From a virus: a DNA stretch of 41,544 nt. Below the pieces are notes generated by a model that was not told where the DNA came from, made no database searches, and was given only the letters and a program-made list of their open reading frames with translations. Below are positions 1-7,743 of the stretch, piece after piece (position 1 is the stretch's first letter; every line of letters begins with the position of its first letter). The DNA lies in IMG/VR virus record IMGVR_UViG_3300025572_000005; one strand, 5' to 3'. The position numbers and the translations under genes are program-made.

Positions 1-127
1 AAAGTCGACAAACTTCGCCACAGTTCCACCTCCGTTAAGTGTGAAAAGGGCGAGGCTTTCGCCCCGCCCCGTCTTACTCGCCGCCGCTTACTGGCGTGAT
101 GTCGCCGCTCACCGTGATGGTGACGCT
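1..127. repeat. Terminal direct repeat, identical to 41418-41544 (circular-contig overlap or terminal redundancy)
   Basis: The same 127-nt string (aaagtcgacaaacttcgccacag...gtgatggtgacgct) occurs at both window ends. Gene order is continuous across the junction. Confidence 0.95.
44..65 (-). terminator. Possible intrinsic (attenuating) terminator after the major tail gene
   Basis: The minus strand reads GGGGCGA-AAGCC-TCGCCC followed by TTTT. It lies between the major tail stop (74) and the chaperone start (21, equivalent to 41438). Confidence 0.45.
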
Positions 128-523
128 GTATGTGCCGGGATCGTTTCTTCCACCGCCCGGCATCCCGACGACCGCGGACCCGGCGAACTGGATGCCGTCG
201 CCCATCTTATTCACGTACTGGAATTCGCCGATGGACTCGTGGCCGATCTTGGTCGCGAGCTCGCGCAAGGCCTCGTTGCCGTCCGGCTCCTTGCCCGTCA
301 CGTCGTCGATCACATACTTGATCGTGAGCGTGAACTCGTCGCCCCGTTCGGCCACGATGTGCCGGGCTCGCCCTGCCGCCGAGAAGCTACCAGTGTCGGC
401 GTCCGTTTTGGTCGGGTTGTGCGTGACGGAATCAATGTTCTTGATCTCCTCGAATGCGCCGTTCACCTTGATCTTGAACAGCATTTCTCGTGCGAGGATC
501 TCAACTGCCGCCATTTGGATCAC
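74..523 (-). CDS. Major tail protein
   Basis: 149-aa ORF directly upstream (across the circular junction) of the G/GT chaperones and tape measure. Its size and position after the tail terminator are typical of siphovirus major tail proteins. Confidence 0.7.
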   Translation of the reverse strand: MIQMAAVEILAREMLFKIKVNGAFEEIKNIDSVTHNPTKTDADTGSFSAAGRARHIVAERGDEFTLTIKYVIDDVTGKEPDGNEALRELATKIGHESIGEFQYVNKMGDGIQFAGSAVVGMPGGGRNDPGTYSVTITVSGDITPVSGGE

Positions 524-526
524 TCC

Positions 527-943
527 TTACTGTCGATGTTCCGTGTAGGCGCGCACCCGCGCCCAGAAATTGAGGCTGAATCGGTGCCTGTTGTTTTGGT
601 CCTGGCCGACACGTATCGGCCCCGGCTGGATCGCTCCGATGCCGACGACGTACGTGCCGTCATCGAGCGTGACGCCCGTGAGTCCCTGCAGGGCGTTGTA
701 GATCGCCTCTGCTCTGGTCTTGGCGGGACGTGGATCGGCGCCTCCTCGGACGAGCACCTGGAAGCTCCGAGTGTCGAACGGATAACGGATGTTCGGCTCC
801 TCTGGGCCTCCCGTAGACATGAGGGCGACGGCGCTTGAGGGAGTGTCAGGCATCGCCTCGATGAACACATCGCCGGTGATGCCGTCCGGGTCGAATGTCA
901 CGATGCCCTTATCGTGCAGGTATCTCGCAATTCCTTCGAGCAC
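527..943 (-). CDS. Tail terminator / tail completion protein (SPP1 gp17-like position)
   Basis: 138-aa ORF, 3-nt gap to the major tail gene. It sits in the conserved slot between the neck proteins and the major tail protein. Confidence 0.55.
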   Translation of the reverse strand: MLEGIARYLHDKGIVTFDPDGITGDVFIEAMPDTPSSAVALMSTGGPEEPNIRYPFDTRSFQVLVRGGADPRPAKTRAEAIYNALQGLTGVTLDDGTYVVGIGAIQPGPIRVGQDQNNRHRFSLNFWARVRAYTEHRQ

Positions 944-947
944 CGCA

Positions 948-1298
948 TCACCCCCTCAGAGCGTCTTTGATCTTGTCCTCGATGTAGCGCTGGATCTTGC
1001 TCCGCTCCTCATTGAGCGTCTTTTCGAGCCACTTGGCCCGACGCCCCGGATCGTGCCGGAGTGTCGTGTCCTCGTGTTGCGTGACGGCATACGGCGTATC
1101 GTAGCTCACTGACGCCTCAAGACGCTCCTCGTCTACGTCGAGAACACCTGAGCGCATCATATCGCCTGTTTCGAGTGGGATTGTGTAGTTTGCGGTCGTA
1201 AGCAGGTGCTCGGCTCCATCGCGCAAGCCCCGAACTGCCGCTTGAGCCACTGCCTCACTCACCCTTTGGCCGTGCCACGTCATGCGAACGTCGTTCAT
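948..1298 (-). CDS. Head-tail joining protein, HK97 gp10 / minor capsid protein-like
   Basis: 116 aa with the ...IPLETGDMMRSG...YDTPYAVTQHED pattern typical of the HK97 gp10 family. Overlaps the upstream gene by 4 nt. Confidence 0.6.
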   Translation of the reverse strand: MNDVRMTWHGQRVSEAVAQAAVRGLRDGAEHLLTTANYTIPLETGDMMRSGVLDVDEERLEASVSYDTPYAVTQHEDTTLRHDPGRRAKWLEKTLNEERSKIQRYIEDKIKDALRG

Positions 1299-1636
1299 GG
1301 CGTCGCATCCTCGGTGCTTTGCAACAACACCTCAACGTGATTGGTGCGTCCGAAGGGTCTCTGGGGCTGAGCGTCGATCACGGCGTAGCGGCGTCCCTGC
1401 CACTCGCATAGATCGCCTATGCCGATGGGTACATCCCCATCAAAAAAAGCCGTGGCGTTTGCCACGACCTCTTTACCCGTTGAATCGACAGCCTGACGGT
1501 TCCCCGGTTCGATGTACACACCCTTGTAGGGCGGCGCATACGTGGTCGGCGAGCCGTAGATGGGTCCATAGGCACCTGAGCCCAAGTAGGGCGTCACGAC
1601 GACCGTTTCTCGGCGCAGAGAGGCGGGAATCCTCAT
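1295..1636 (-). CDS. Head closure / head-tail adaptor protein (SPP1 gp16-like)
   Basis: Start trimmed to the internal ATG (MRIPASL...), which forms an ATGA overlap with the stop of the upstream gene at 1633. The longer ORF-track N-terminus is Arg-rich and overlaps that gene. Confidence 0.6.
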   Translation of the reverse strand: MRIPASLRRETVVVTPYLGSGAYGPIYGSPTTYAPPYKGVYIEPGNRQAVDSTGKEVVANATAFFDGDVPIGIGDLCEWQGRRYAVIDAQPQRPFGRTNHVEVLLQSTEDATP

Positions 1637-1989
1637 CGCATCGCCACCCCTCGGTAAAGGAGACCGGCGAGGAGGAGATGTCGCCTGGCCCGAGGCGCAA
1701 GCGCAGGAGGCCCGCCGCCGTTGCCGCTTGATGCGTAGGTGGCCGACCAACGCCCGATTGAGAACGACTGGAGCGCTCCCCGAATGTCCGCCTCCTCGCC
1801 GACTTCGAGCCACATCTCGATCTGGGCGCATGTAGCGAGTTTCGTCGCTTCGCTCTGCGTCGCCCTACCCAGAGTGTAGTAGTCGATGTCCTCGGACGCC
1901 CGCTCCAGAAGCCTCTCCGCGTCGTCGGGGAGGTCAGCCAGCGACACGCCGAGGTAGTCAGCGAGGTCTTGCTCAGTTGCATAGGCCAT
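1633..1989 (-). CDS. Head-tail connector protein (gp6 / SPP1 gp15-like)
   Basis: 118 aa. The acidic N-terminus MAYATEQDLADYLGV...LPDDAERLL is characteristic of gp6-like connector proteins. It is the first gene of the neck module. Confidence 0.65.
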   Translation of the reverse strand: MAYATEQDLADYLGVSLADLPDDAERLLERASEDIDYYTLGRATQSEATKLATCAQIEMWLEVGEEADIRGALQSFSIGRWSATYASSGNGGGPPALAPRARRHLLLAGLLYRGVAMR

Positions 1990-1992
1990 GAT

Positions 1993-2874
1993 CTATCCAC
2001 CTCGCAGAGCCGCTAGGGCCGCATCCTTACCGCGGACGCGCCCGCCATCTGGTAACTCGTACCATCCGCCACCCACATGTCGAGGTTCAGCTTCGAGTGT
2101 GGTCTCTCCGGATTCGTTGCCCTTCGGCGGCCACTCGACGCGAGGTGGTTCGAGGCTCGCGAGGTACTGCATTCGTTCTTCGTTCGGGTGGCGGTATACG
2201 TCTCCCGGACTGTAATTTTGTTTGGTGAGCTTGCACCGGAATGGTGCAATCACCTTCGCCTCTAACACAGGTCCTCGCCCTCCTCCCGATAGTGCCGCAT
2301 CGACTAGCCGGCACGTGTAGCACCGATGACACGGCTTGCCGCTTGGCGTAGGATGCCGACACCACCAGCACAATTTCAGCAGATCGGGTGGTGTCGCCCT
2401 CACGACCTCGGCCTTCATCATGTGCTGAATGGGATGCTCCCAGATAAGTTCTCGTTCGCACACCTCGTACGATAGATTCCGATACCGCCGGTGCGCTCGC
2501 TGCATGACAGGACCATCGGGGCCGTCCGCATCGGAGTCCCAATGATCGGTGCGGATCACGTGACGAATGTGCTTGTATTTTGGGTCCGACATCAGAATCC
2601 CGATCCACAGTGCCCAGATGCAATGATCCCGCACGACGTAGCGCACCGTGCCGTAGTCGAACGCGCTTTCGCTGTAGATGAAACGGGTGAGGCCCTGGCC
2701 GCGCATCCAATCGAGGATGCGTTTCACGGCCTGGGCCTCGTATGCGACACGCCCCTCGCGATTGGTGAGGTGGACGTGGTGAACGAGGAGCGTCCTCCCC
2801 TCCAGGAGCGCCCGCCACATGCAGTAGGCAGAGTCAATGCCCCCGGAGAGGAGGAGCAGGGTGTCCGGCGTCAT
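1993..2874 (-). CDS. QueC-like PP-loop ATP pyrophosphatase fused to a C-terminal head-module-type domain
   Basis: PP-loop LLLSGGIDS at residues 6-14. Cys cluster CWWC-x9-CHRCYTCRL resembles the QueC Zn site. The C-terminal ~90 aa (…SPGDVYRHPNEERMQYL…HVGGGWYELPDGGRVRGKDAALAAL) is a distinct domain. Gaps are 6 nt to the capsid gene and 3 nt to the connector gene. Confidence 0.75.
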   Translation of the reverse strand: MTPDTLLLLSGGIDSAYCMWRALLEGRTLLVHHVHLTNREGRVAYEAQAVKRILDWMRGQGLTRFIYSESAFDYGTVRYVVRDHCIWALWIGILMSDPKYKHIRHVIRTDHWDSDADGPDGPVMQRAHRRYRNLSYEVCERELIWEHPIQHMMKAEVVRATPPDLLKLCWWCRHPTPSGKPCHRCYTCRLVDAALSGGGRGPVLEAKVIAPFRCKLTKQNYSPGDVYRHPNEERMQYLASLEPPRVEWPPKGNESGETTLEAEPRHVGGGWYELPDGGRVRGKDAALAALRGG

Positions 2875-2880
2875 GGGCCG

Positions 2881-3912
2881 TTAGACCTCCCCGCCGTTCT
2901 CCCCGCCGTTCTCCCCGCCATTCTCGCCGCCGCCACCGCTACCGAGGGCGACCTTGTGCTTGAACGCGACGATTCGAATCGCCTTGTTCTCGTACACTCG
3001 TTGCCAGTTGGTGCTGGTCGCGAGTTCCGCATTGGTCGGGAACGCGCCGGTGACGGAAGTTTCCGTCCACTTCACACCGCGCGGGTGCAGGATGAATACA
3101 CGCCGGTTGATGAGGTAATCCTCACCCGCAAGCGCGTTTCGATCCGTCTCGGTGAGCGGAACCGCACCCATGGCGTCGCCGTTGCCAAGCGCGATTGCAC
3201 CAGGCCCGAATAGGTACGTGGTCGTCACGCCCGTATCCGTGTCGAACGGGATGCCGTCGTCGACGATCACGCGCTTGCCCATGTAGGTGGGCACGCGGTC
3301 GCTTTGTCCCGCCTCCTGCACGTACTCGATGAGCTGCTGCTTGGCGAGGTAGGCTTCCGTCGCCGAGTGCATGAGGACGCCCGTTAGCTGACCCTTAGCG
3401 TCGCCGAGCTTCTGCGTCGCGTCGATGAATGTGTTGCCATTGATGTACGCGCCATCCCCGGCCTCACTGGAGATGTCGTGGACGTTGCCCGACATCGTAG
3501 CGGCGCCGAAGATGCCGTCGAGGGTCGAGAGCAGGATCGCCTGGAACCTGCGCGCCCAGTATCCGGCCACGAGATCGCCAATGGCTCGCATCGGGTCGTC
3601 GCCCGCCAGCAGGTGCGCCAAGTCGTTGACGCCCCAGGCACGGCCACGAGCCTGCCGACGCGCCACGTCCTGCCCGGCGGTGATCTTGCCCGGCGTCAGC
3701 GCTCCCTGGTCCGAGAGCACCTCATCGTCGCCCGTCAGGTCCTCCCAATAGGGCATGTGCACCAGCGTGCCGCCGCTGTTCGCGAGTCGGTCGAACTCCG
3801 TCGTGTTCGCAATGATCCCCGACTGATACAGCGCCGACAGTTCCATGCTGCGCTGGATCACATACGGGTTAAATACCTCGGGAATGATCACGTCCGAGAT
3901 TTTGGTAGACAT
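2881..3912 (-). CDS. Major capsid protein (HK97 fold)
   Basis: 343 aa, immediately downstream of the scaffold gene. Composition and length are typical. The C-terminus is GSGGGGENGGENGGENGGEV. Confidence 0.85.
   Translation of the reverse strand: MSTKISDVIIPEVFNPYVIQRSMELSALYQSGIIANTTEFDRLANSGGTLVHMPYWEDLTGDDEVLSDQGALTPGKITAGQDVARRQARGRAWGVNDLAHLLAGDDPMRAIGDLVAGYWARRFQAILLSTLDGIFGAATMSGNVHDISSEAGDGAYINGNTFIDATQKLGDAKGQLTGVLMHSATEAYLAKQQLIEYVQEAGQSDRVPTYMGKRVIVDDGIPFDTDTGVTTTYLFGPGAIALGNGDAMGAVPLTETDRNALAGEDYLINRRVFILHPRGVKWTETSVTGAFPTNAELATSTNWQRVYENKAIRIVAFKHKVALGSGGGGENGGENGGENGGEV
2887..2934. repeat. 12-bp tandem repeat (ctccccgccgtt, three copies plus one degenerate) encoding the (GGEN)n tail of the capsid protein
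   Basis: Read directly: ctccccgccgtt ctccccgccgtt ctccccgccatt ctcgccgccgcc. Confidence 0.85.
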
Positions 3913-3919
3913 AACTCAA

Positions 3920-4609
3920 TCACTTTCCTTTCGCTTCTTTCTGCAGACGGGCCGCGAGCTGCGGATTCTCCCGCAGGATGCGACCCTGTTCGGTCAGATT
4001 GAAATGCTCCTTGCTCCACGGGTTACGGTCGATGCCGCCCCCGCCGCCTGTGAATTCACTGCCGCTCTTGCCTGGTGCTTGCGTCCCTTTGAGTTCGGGC
4101 AGGTCGTTGAGCACGGCCTCAAGCGCGGCCTTGATCGCCGCCGCGTCAGGATTGCCTTGCTCGTCCACATCGACGCCCGACAGGTCAGCGAGTTTGAGCG
4201 CATAGGCGATGCGCTCAGGCTTGATACCAAGCGTCACAGCCTGGACGCGCGCCTCGGCGTTGATAAGGCGCTCGTTGGCCGCGGCCTGCGCCTCTTGTGC
4301 CTTGCGTTCGGCCTCCTCTTTTTCGGCCTTGAGCCGCTCCTCGGCGCTCATTTGCTCCTTCTTGCGCGCTTCTTCCGCCTCGGCTTCCCACTGTTTGCGG
4401 GCGCGGGCGAGACGCTTTTCGATCATGGCGTCGATCTCGGCTTGGGTCATCGTTTTAACGTCGCCCTTGCCCTTGTCGCCGCCACCGGCGTTATCTGGAC
4501 CGCCGTCGCCACCGGTGCCGCCGTCATTGCCCCCGGCGTTGGGGTCGCCGCCCTCTCCAGGCTCGGCGAACAGTTGCAGGTTGATCTTGAATCGCTCGTC
4601 GGTTTGCAT
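3920..4609 (-). CDS. Capsid scaffolding protein (DUF4355-like)
   Basis: N-terminal ...INLQLFAEPGEGG motif, Gly-rich linker and a long charged coiled-coil (EAEAEEARKKEQMSAEERLKAEKEEAERK). Sits directly upstream of the capsid gene. Confidence 0.8.
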   Translation of the reverse strand: MQTDERFKINLQLFAEPGEGGDPNAGGNDGGTGGDGGPDNAGGGDKGKGDVKTMTQAEIDAMIEKRLARARKQWEAEAEEARKKEQMSAEERLKAEKEEAERKAQEAQAAANERLINAEARVQAVTLGIKPERIAYALKLADLSGVDVDEQGNPDAAAIKAALEAVLNDLPELKGTQAPGKSGSEFTGGGGGIDRNPWSKEHFNLTEQGRILRENPQLAARLQKEAKGK

Positions 4610-4675
4610 GTCGTACCTCCATCCGTTTTAGGGCCGTCGCCCATGTATCCAGCAGTTTTGAGCCGTGCCGTAGGG

Positions 4676-4704
4676 CAAAAGAAAAGCGCCCCGAAGGACG
4701 CTTT
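4676..4704 (-). terminator. Intrinsic terminator on the minus strand upstream of the scaffold gene
   Basis: The minus strand reads GCGTCC-TTCG-GGCGC (one bulge, TTCG tetraloop) followed by TTTTCTTTTG. Confidence 0.5.
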
Positions 4705-4720
4705 GTGATAAACTGTTGGC

Positions 4721-4984
4721 ATGCCTGATAAATCAAACTTGGTCAAAGGTCAATTCCGCCCACCCGCGCCGCCCGTGTCGGCCCGCATCGACGCCGACGT
4801 GTTGCAGGAAGTCGAGCACCGGGAGGACGGCCCCTGGCTCGTCGTCTACGTGTCCGGTCGCAAGGTCGGCGAGGTGCCGATCGAGCCGGGAACGGAGCCG
4901 AAGCTCAAGCGGGCGAAGGTGTTGGACTTTCCTCACACCGCTCCGTCCGACATCGTTCCATTCGATGTCACCTCGCCCCCGTAA
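4721..4984 (+). CDS. Hypothetical 87-aa protein on the opposite strand inside the head module
   Basis: It fills a 358-nt minus-strand coding gap. Third-codon-position GC is high through most of the ORF, as in genuine genes here. There is no SD before the ATG. The 3' end overlaps the convergent gene by 17 nt. Confidence 0.45.
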   Translation: MPDKSNLVKGQFRPPAPPVSARIDADVLQEVEHREDGPWLVVYVSGRKVGEVPIEPGTEPKLKRAKVLDFPHTAPSDIVPFDVTSPP

Positions 4985-6041
4985 TCGACTCGCGCTCACG
5001 CCTGCGCTTGTGCTCCCTGCCCGATCTGGCAAGGTGCCGTTCAAGCTCCATTTCCCACTTCGTCACCATCTGCTGCGCCTGCATCCTTGCATCCATCGTG
5101 AGCGCCACGGCTTCCCTCCGCTTGTACTTGCGGATGTTACGCTCGATCTCCCGTTGGCGTTGCCGCGCCTCGTAGGAGGCTTCCCTCAGTTCCTTCGGGC
5201 GCCTCTCTGGCGGCTCCGTCAGACCGGGAATGAACGCCGAAATGCTATGTGTGCAATTTGGGTGCTGCAAGCCGTCTGCGTGCGCCTCGTCGACGGTCGG
5301 GTACCGCCCCGCATACTCGCCGCCGAGCGAGAGGATTCGCCCTTCCCACGGATCGCACTTTTCGCACGGTGACGGCGAGTGTGACACGATCACGAGGTCG
5401 TAGTTGTTCTCTCGCAATCGGTCAAGGTGCCCTTCCACCGCAGCCCGACCGGACGCCGTGCGCGTCGCCATCTCAGCGTAGCTTGCGATGTCCCAATTAC
5501 GACCTGCCGCGTCGACGAAGCCCGTGATACCCTGATCGGCCCAGACATTGAGCGCTACCTGCGCTGCCTCTCGGCGCGTCATCACGCCCGTGAGCGAGTA
5601 ACTTGCCGCCTCTGCAACGACGCTGCGGTACATATCCTCCGCAACGCGCAAAATGCGAAAGTGTGTTCCCATCAGCTTCCTCGTCGACTCTCCAACGATG
5701 CGCTCCACGGCTCGACGGTGCGTCACATGAAAGCTCGTGACAAGAGGTCGGTCGATCACGCTCTTTAGGTCGGCGACCGCCTCGGCGCTCCCGCCTTGGT
5801 ACGCCTCCCACACCGCCTTGCTGACTTGTTGCATCGCCTCTTTCTCCAGCTTCGAGGCTTCACGCTCGATGTCGCGCCGCACTCGCTGGATTTCGGCGAG
5901 CTTTGCTTGTTCCCAACCGTCGCTTTCGATGCCCTCAGCAATCGACTGCGCCACGCGCTGGAGCATGATGCGTTCAGCGTTGGCGTAGATGCGCCTAAGC
6001 TCAAGGGCCGCGTCTTCCCAATCTGCGGGTGAGGTGGGCAT
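4968..6041 (-). CDS. Minor head / head morphogenesis protein (SPP1 gp7, Mu F-like)
   Basis: Motifs ...NYDLVIVSHSPSPCEKCDPWEGRILSL... and ...LQHPNCTHS are typical of the Phage_Mu_F family. The start is set at the ATG with AGAGGTGGG SD and a TAATG overlap with the upstream ORF. Confidence 0.8.
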   Translation of the reverse strand: MPTSPADWEDAALELRRIYANAERIMLQRVAQSIAEGIESDGWEQAKLAEIQRVRRDIEREASKLEKEAMQQVSKAVWEAYQGGSAEAVADLKSVIDRPLVTSFHVTHRRAVERIVGESTRKLMGTHFRILRVAEDMYRSVVAEAASYSLTGVMTRREAAQVALNVWADQGITGFVDAAGRNWDIASYAEMATRTASGRAAVEGHLDRLRENNYDLVIVSHSPSPCEKCDPWEGRILSLGGEYAGRYPTVDEAHADGLQHPNCTHSISAFIPGLTEPPERRPKELREASYEARQRQREIERNIRKYKRREAVALTMDARMQAQQMVTKWEMELERHLARSGREHKRRRERESITGAR

Positions 6042-6238
6042 TACGTCCCACCTCTCTCGATGACGAGAAATTCGATCCCGTTCTCGTGCAGGACGACGTT
6101 CAGGTGTTCGACGTTGATCTGTTGACCGTCCGGCTTCAGCACTACGTGCGTCCACCTACCAGTTCGGTGCTCTCTCACAGCCGTTCCCCATGCAAACTCG
6201 TGCATCTCCCACACCTGCAACGGAATCACGTTCTCCAT
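6041..6238 (-). CDS. Hypothetical 65-aa protein between the portal and gp7-like genes
   Basis: Translationally coupled on both sides by 1-nt TGATG/TAATG overlaps. Confidence 0.55.
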   Translation of the reverse strand: MENVIPLQVWEMHEFAWGTAVREHRTGRWTHVVLKPDGQQINVEHLNVVLHENGIEFLVIERGGT

Positions 6239-7743
6239 CAGTCAACCCCCACCTGGAACGGGTCCTCCACGAACCGACCCTGCTCCGCCTGGATGCGCTG
6301 GACCTCGGCGTCGATCTCCTCATCGCTCCAGTCAGGATGCAGCATCTCGACCAGCGTGCGAGTGGAGGCCGCTCTCGCACGGGAAAGCAGCTCGACCGAC
6401 TCCGCGACCTCCTGCGTACTCTCAGCAATGCTATCTGCCAGCGCCACCGCCGGGCGATACGGCGTCACGCCGCTGCGGAAAATTTCGCGGTCGAGCACGA
6501 GCATCATCCACAGTACATCAGCGAGCGCAGGCTCCCAGTAGCGCCGTTTCTTCGCCGTCGTGACGAAAGATTTGCGTTCCCTAACCTTCAGTGCTGTCCC
6601 GCTTTCCGCCCGCCCCTCGATGTGCAAACCGAAGCTCTGCGGGCTGTATCCGGCGGCGCTGATGATGCGCTCAAGGTAGTGCAGGCAGGTTTGCTCGTGC
6701 TCCGTGAAGCGGATCGCAGGCTGAAACAGCGTCGCCGTCAGCGCGCCTTCGGTGGAATCCATCGGCAGTGCGACGAATAGCTCCTTGTCCTCGTCGAAGC
6801 GCAATACGGCCTTACCATCCTGCGTCATCGCGACGGGTTGAAGCCATGTGTCGGGGATCACCAGGCGCGCCTTCGCAAGCCGGATGTCCCGCTGCCAGGA
6901 CGTGTACGCCTCGTCAAGTGCGTCCATTAGGCCCTCGCTGCCTGAGTAGTCACTGCGGCCCAGGTACGAGCCGATTGGATCGCTGCGCCACACCCGAGAC
7001 GGGCGCATGTTGGGCACATACCGGATCGCCAGCGTGTCCTGCATCTGCGGCGGCAGCGTCACGACCTCCTGCAGATCTGCCGTCGCCGGATGTGACGCAA
7101 GCGGCACCCGGCGGCCAAGTTCCGACGTCGTGCCGCGGTACAGCCCGTGCAGGATCACGCCCGGCTCATGCCGCTCCAAATGCCGCCAGACGGTCTGCCC
7201 GTCGTCCTCGACCACGCGCCACAGCGTCACAGCAACGAGCTGACCCCACCGAAACTCAGGCAATGCCGCGTCCGCCTGCACCACGCGCAGGAGCGGCATG
7301 TCGGCGACGCTGGTGTCCCAAACCGGGCCGATAAACACGCCGCCAAGCGCCGAAGCCGTCTCGGCGGCTTCAAGAAGCCTGCTGTGCACGCCGCTGTCGT
7401 CGATGAGTTCCCAGAGCCTGTCTTGCGCCTCAATCGCGTCCCGCGGCGCGCTCTCATCAAACGCCTCCGCGATGCGGATGTCCGGCACCTCACTAAACAG
7501 CAGGTCCGCCGCGGCCTCCGCGATGTCGCCAGCAACAGGCACGTGCAGCATGACGCGGCGTTCCTCGCGCACCTCTCGTGCCCAGAAACGACCATGCGGA
7601 CCGCGGACGACAAGGCGTGCGTAGACGTCGGCGATCTGTTGAGCGTCGCCGGAGTACCAAGCGCTCCACTCTGCGTATTTGTCATAGATCGCCTGCCACT
7701 CGTTCGGTGGCCAAGCGATGTTGCCGCCTTCTGGTAGAGCCAT
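6238..7743 (-). CDS. Portal protein (SPP1 gp6-like)
   Basis: 501 aa, abuts terL (stop/start adjacent). The N-terminus ...WPPNEWQAIYDKYAEWSAWYSGD is typical of SPP1-family portals. Confidence 0.9.
   Translation of the reverse strand: MALPEGGNIAWPPNEWQAIYDKYAEWSAWYSGDAQQIADVYARLVVRGPHGRFWAREVREERRVMLHVPVAGDIAEAAADLLFSEVPDIRIAEAFDESAPRDAIEAQDRLWELIDDSGVHSRLLEAAETASALGGVFIGPVWDTSVADMPLLRVVQADAALPEFRWGQLVAVTLWRVVEDDGQTVWRHLERHEPGVILHGLYRGTTSELGRRVPLASHPATADLQEVVTLPPQMQDTLAIRYVPNMRPSRVWRSDPIGSYLGRSDYSGSEGLMDALDEAYTSWQRDIRLAKARLVIPDTWLQPVAMTQDGKAVLRFDEDKELFVALPMDSTEGALTATLFQPAIRFTEHEQTCLHYLERIISAAGYSPQSFGLHIEGRAESGTALKVRERKSFVTTAKKRRYWEPALADVLWMMLVLDREIFRSGVTPYRPAVALADSIAESTQEVAESVELLSRARAASTRTLVEMLHPDWSDEEIDAEVQRIQAEQGRFVEDPFQVGVD

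Noticed and set aside
41-838. Long plus-strand ORFs antisense to the structural genes. Examples: 41-838, 3845-4708, 9860-10618, 19910-20833, 32116-33078, 39916-40764.
   Set aside because: They are Arg/Ala/Pro-rich shadow ORFs typical of the antisense strand of high-GC genes. Each is fully covered by a minus-strand gene with a clear motif-supported product.
2887-2934. Tandem repeats (here and at 17266-17295) considered as a possible CRISPR array or other non-coding repeat array.
   Set aside because: The units are only 12-15 bp, have no spacers, and lie in frame within coding sequences (capsid C-terminus, organiser linker). No cas genes are present.
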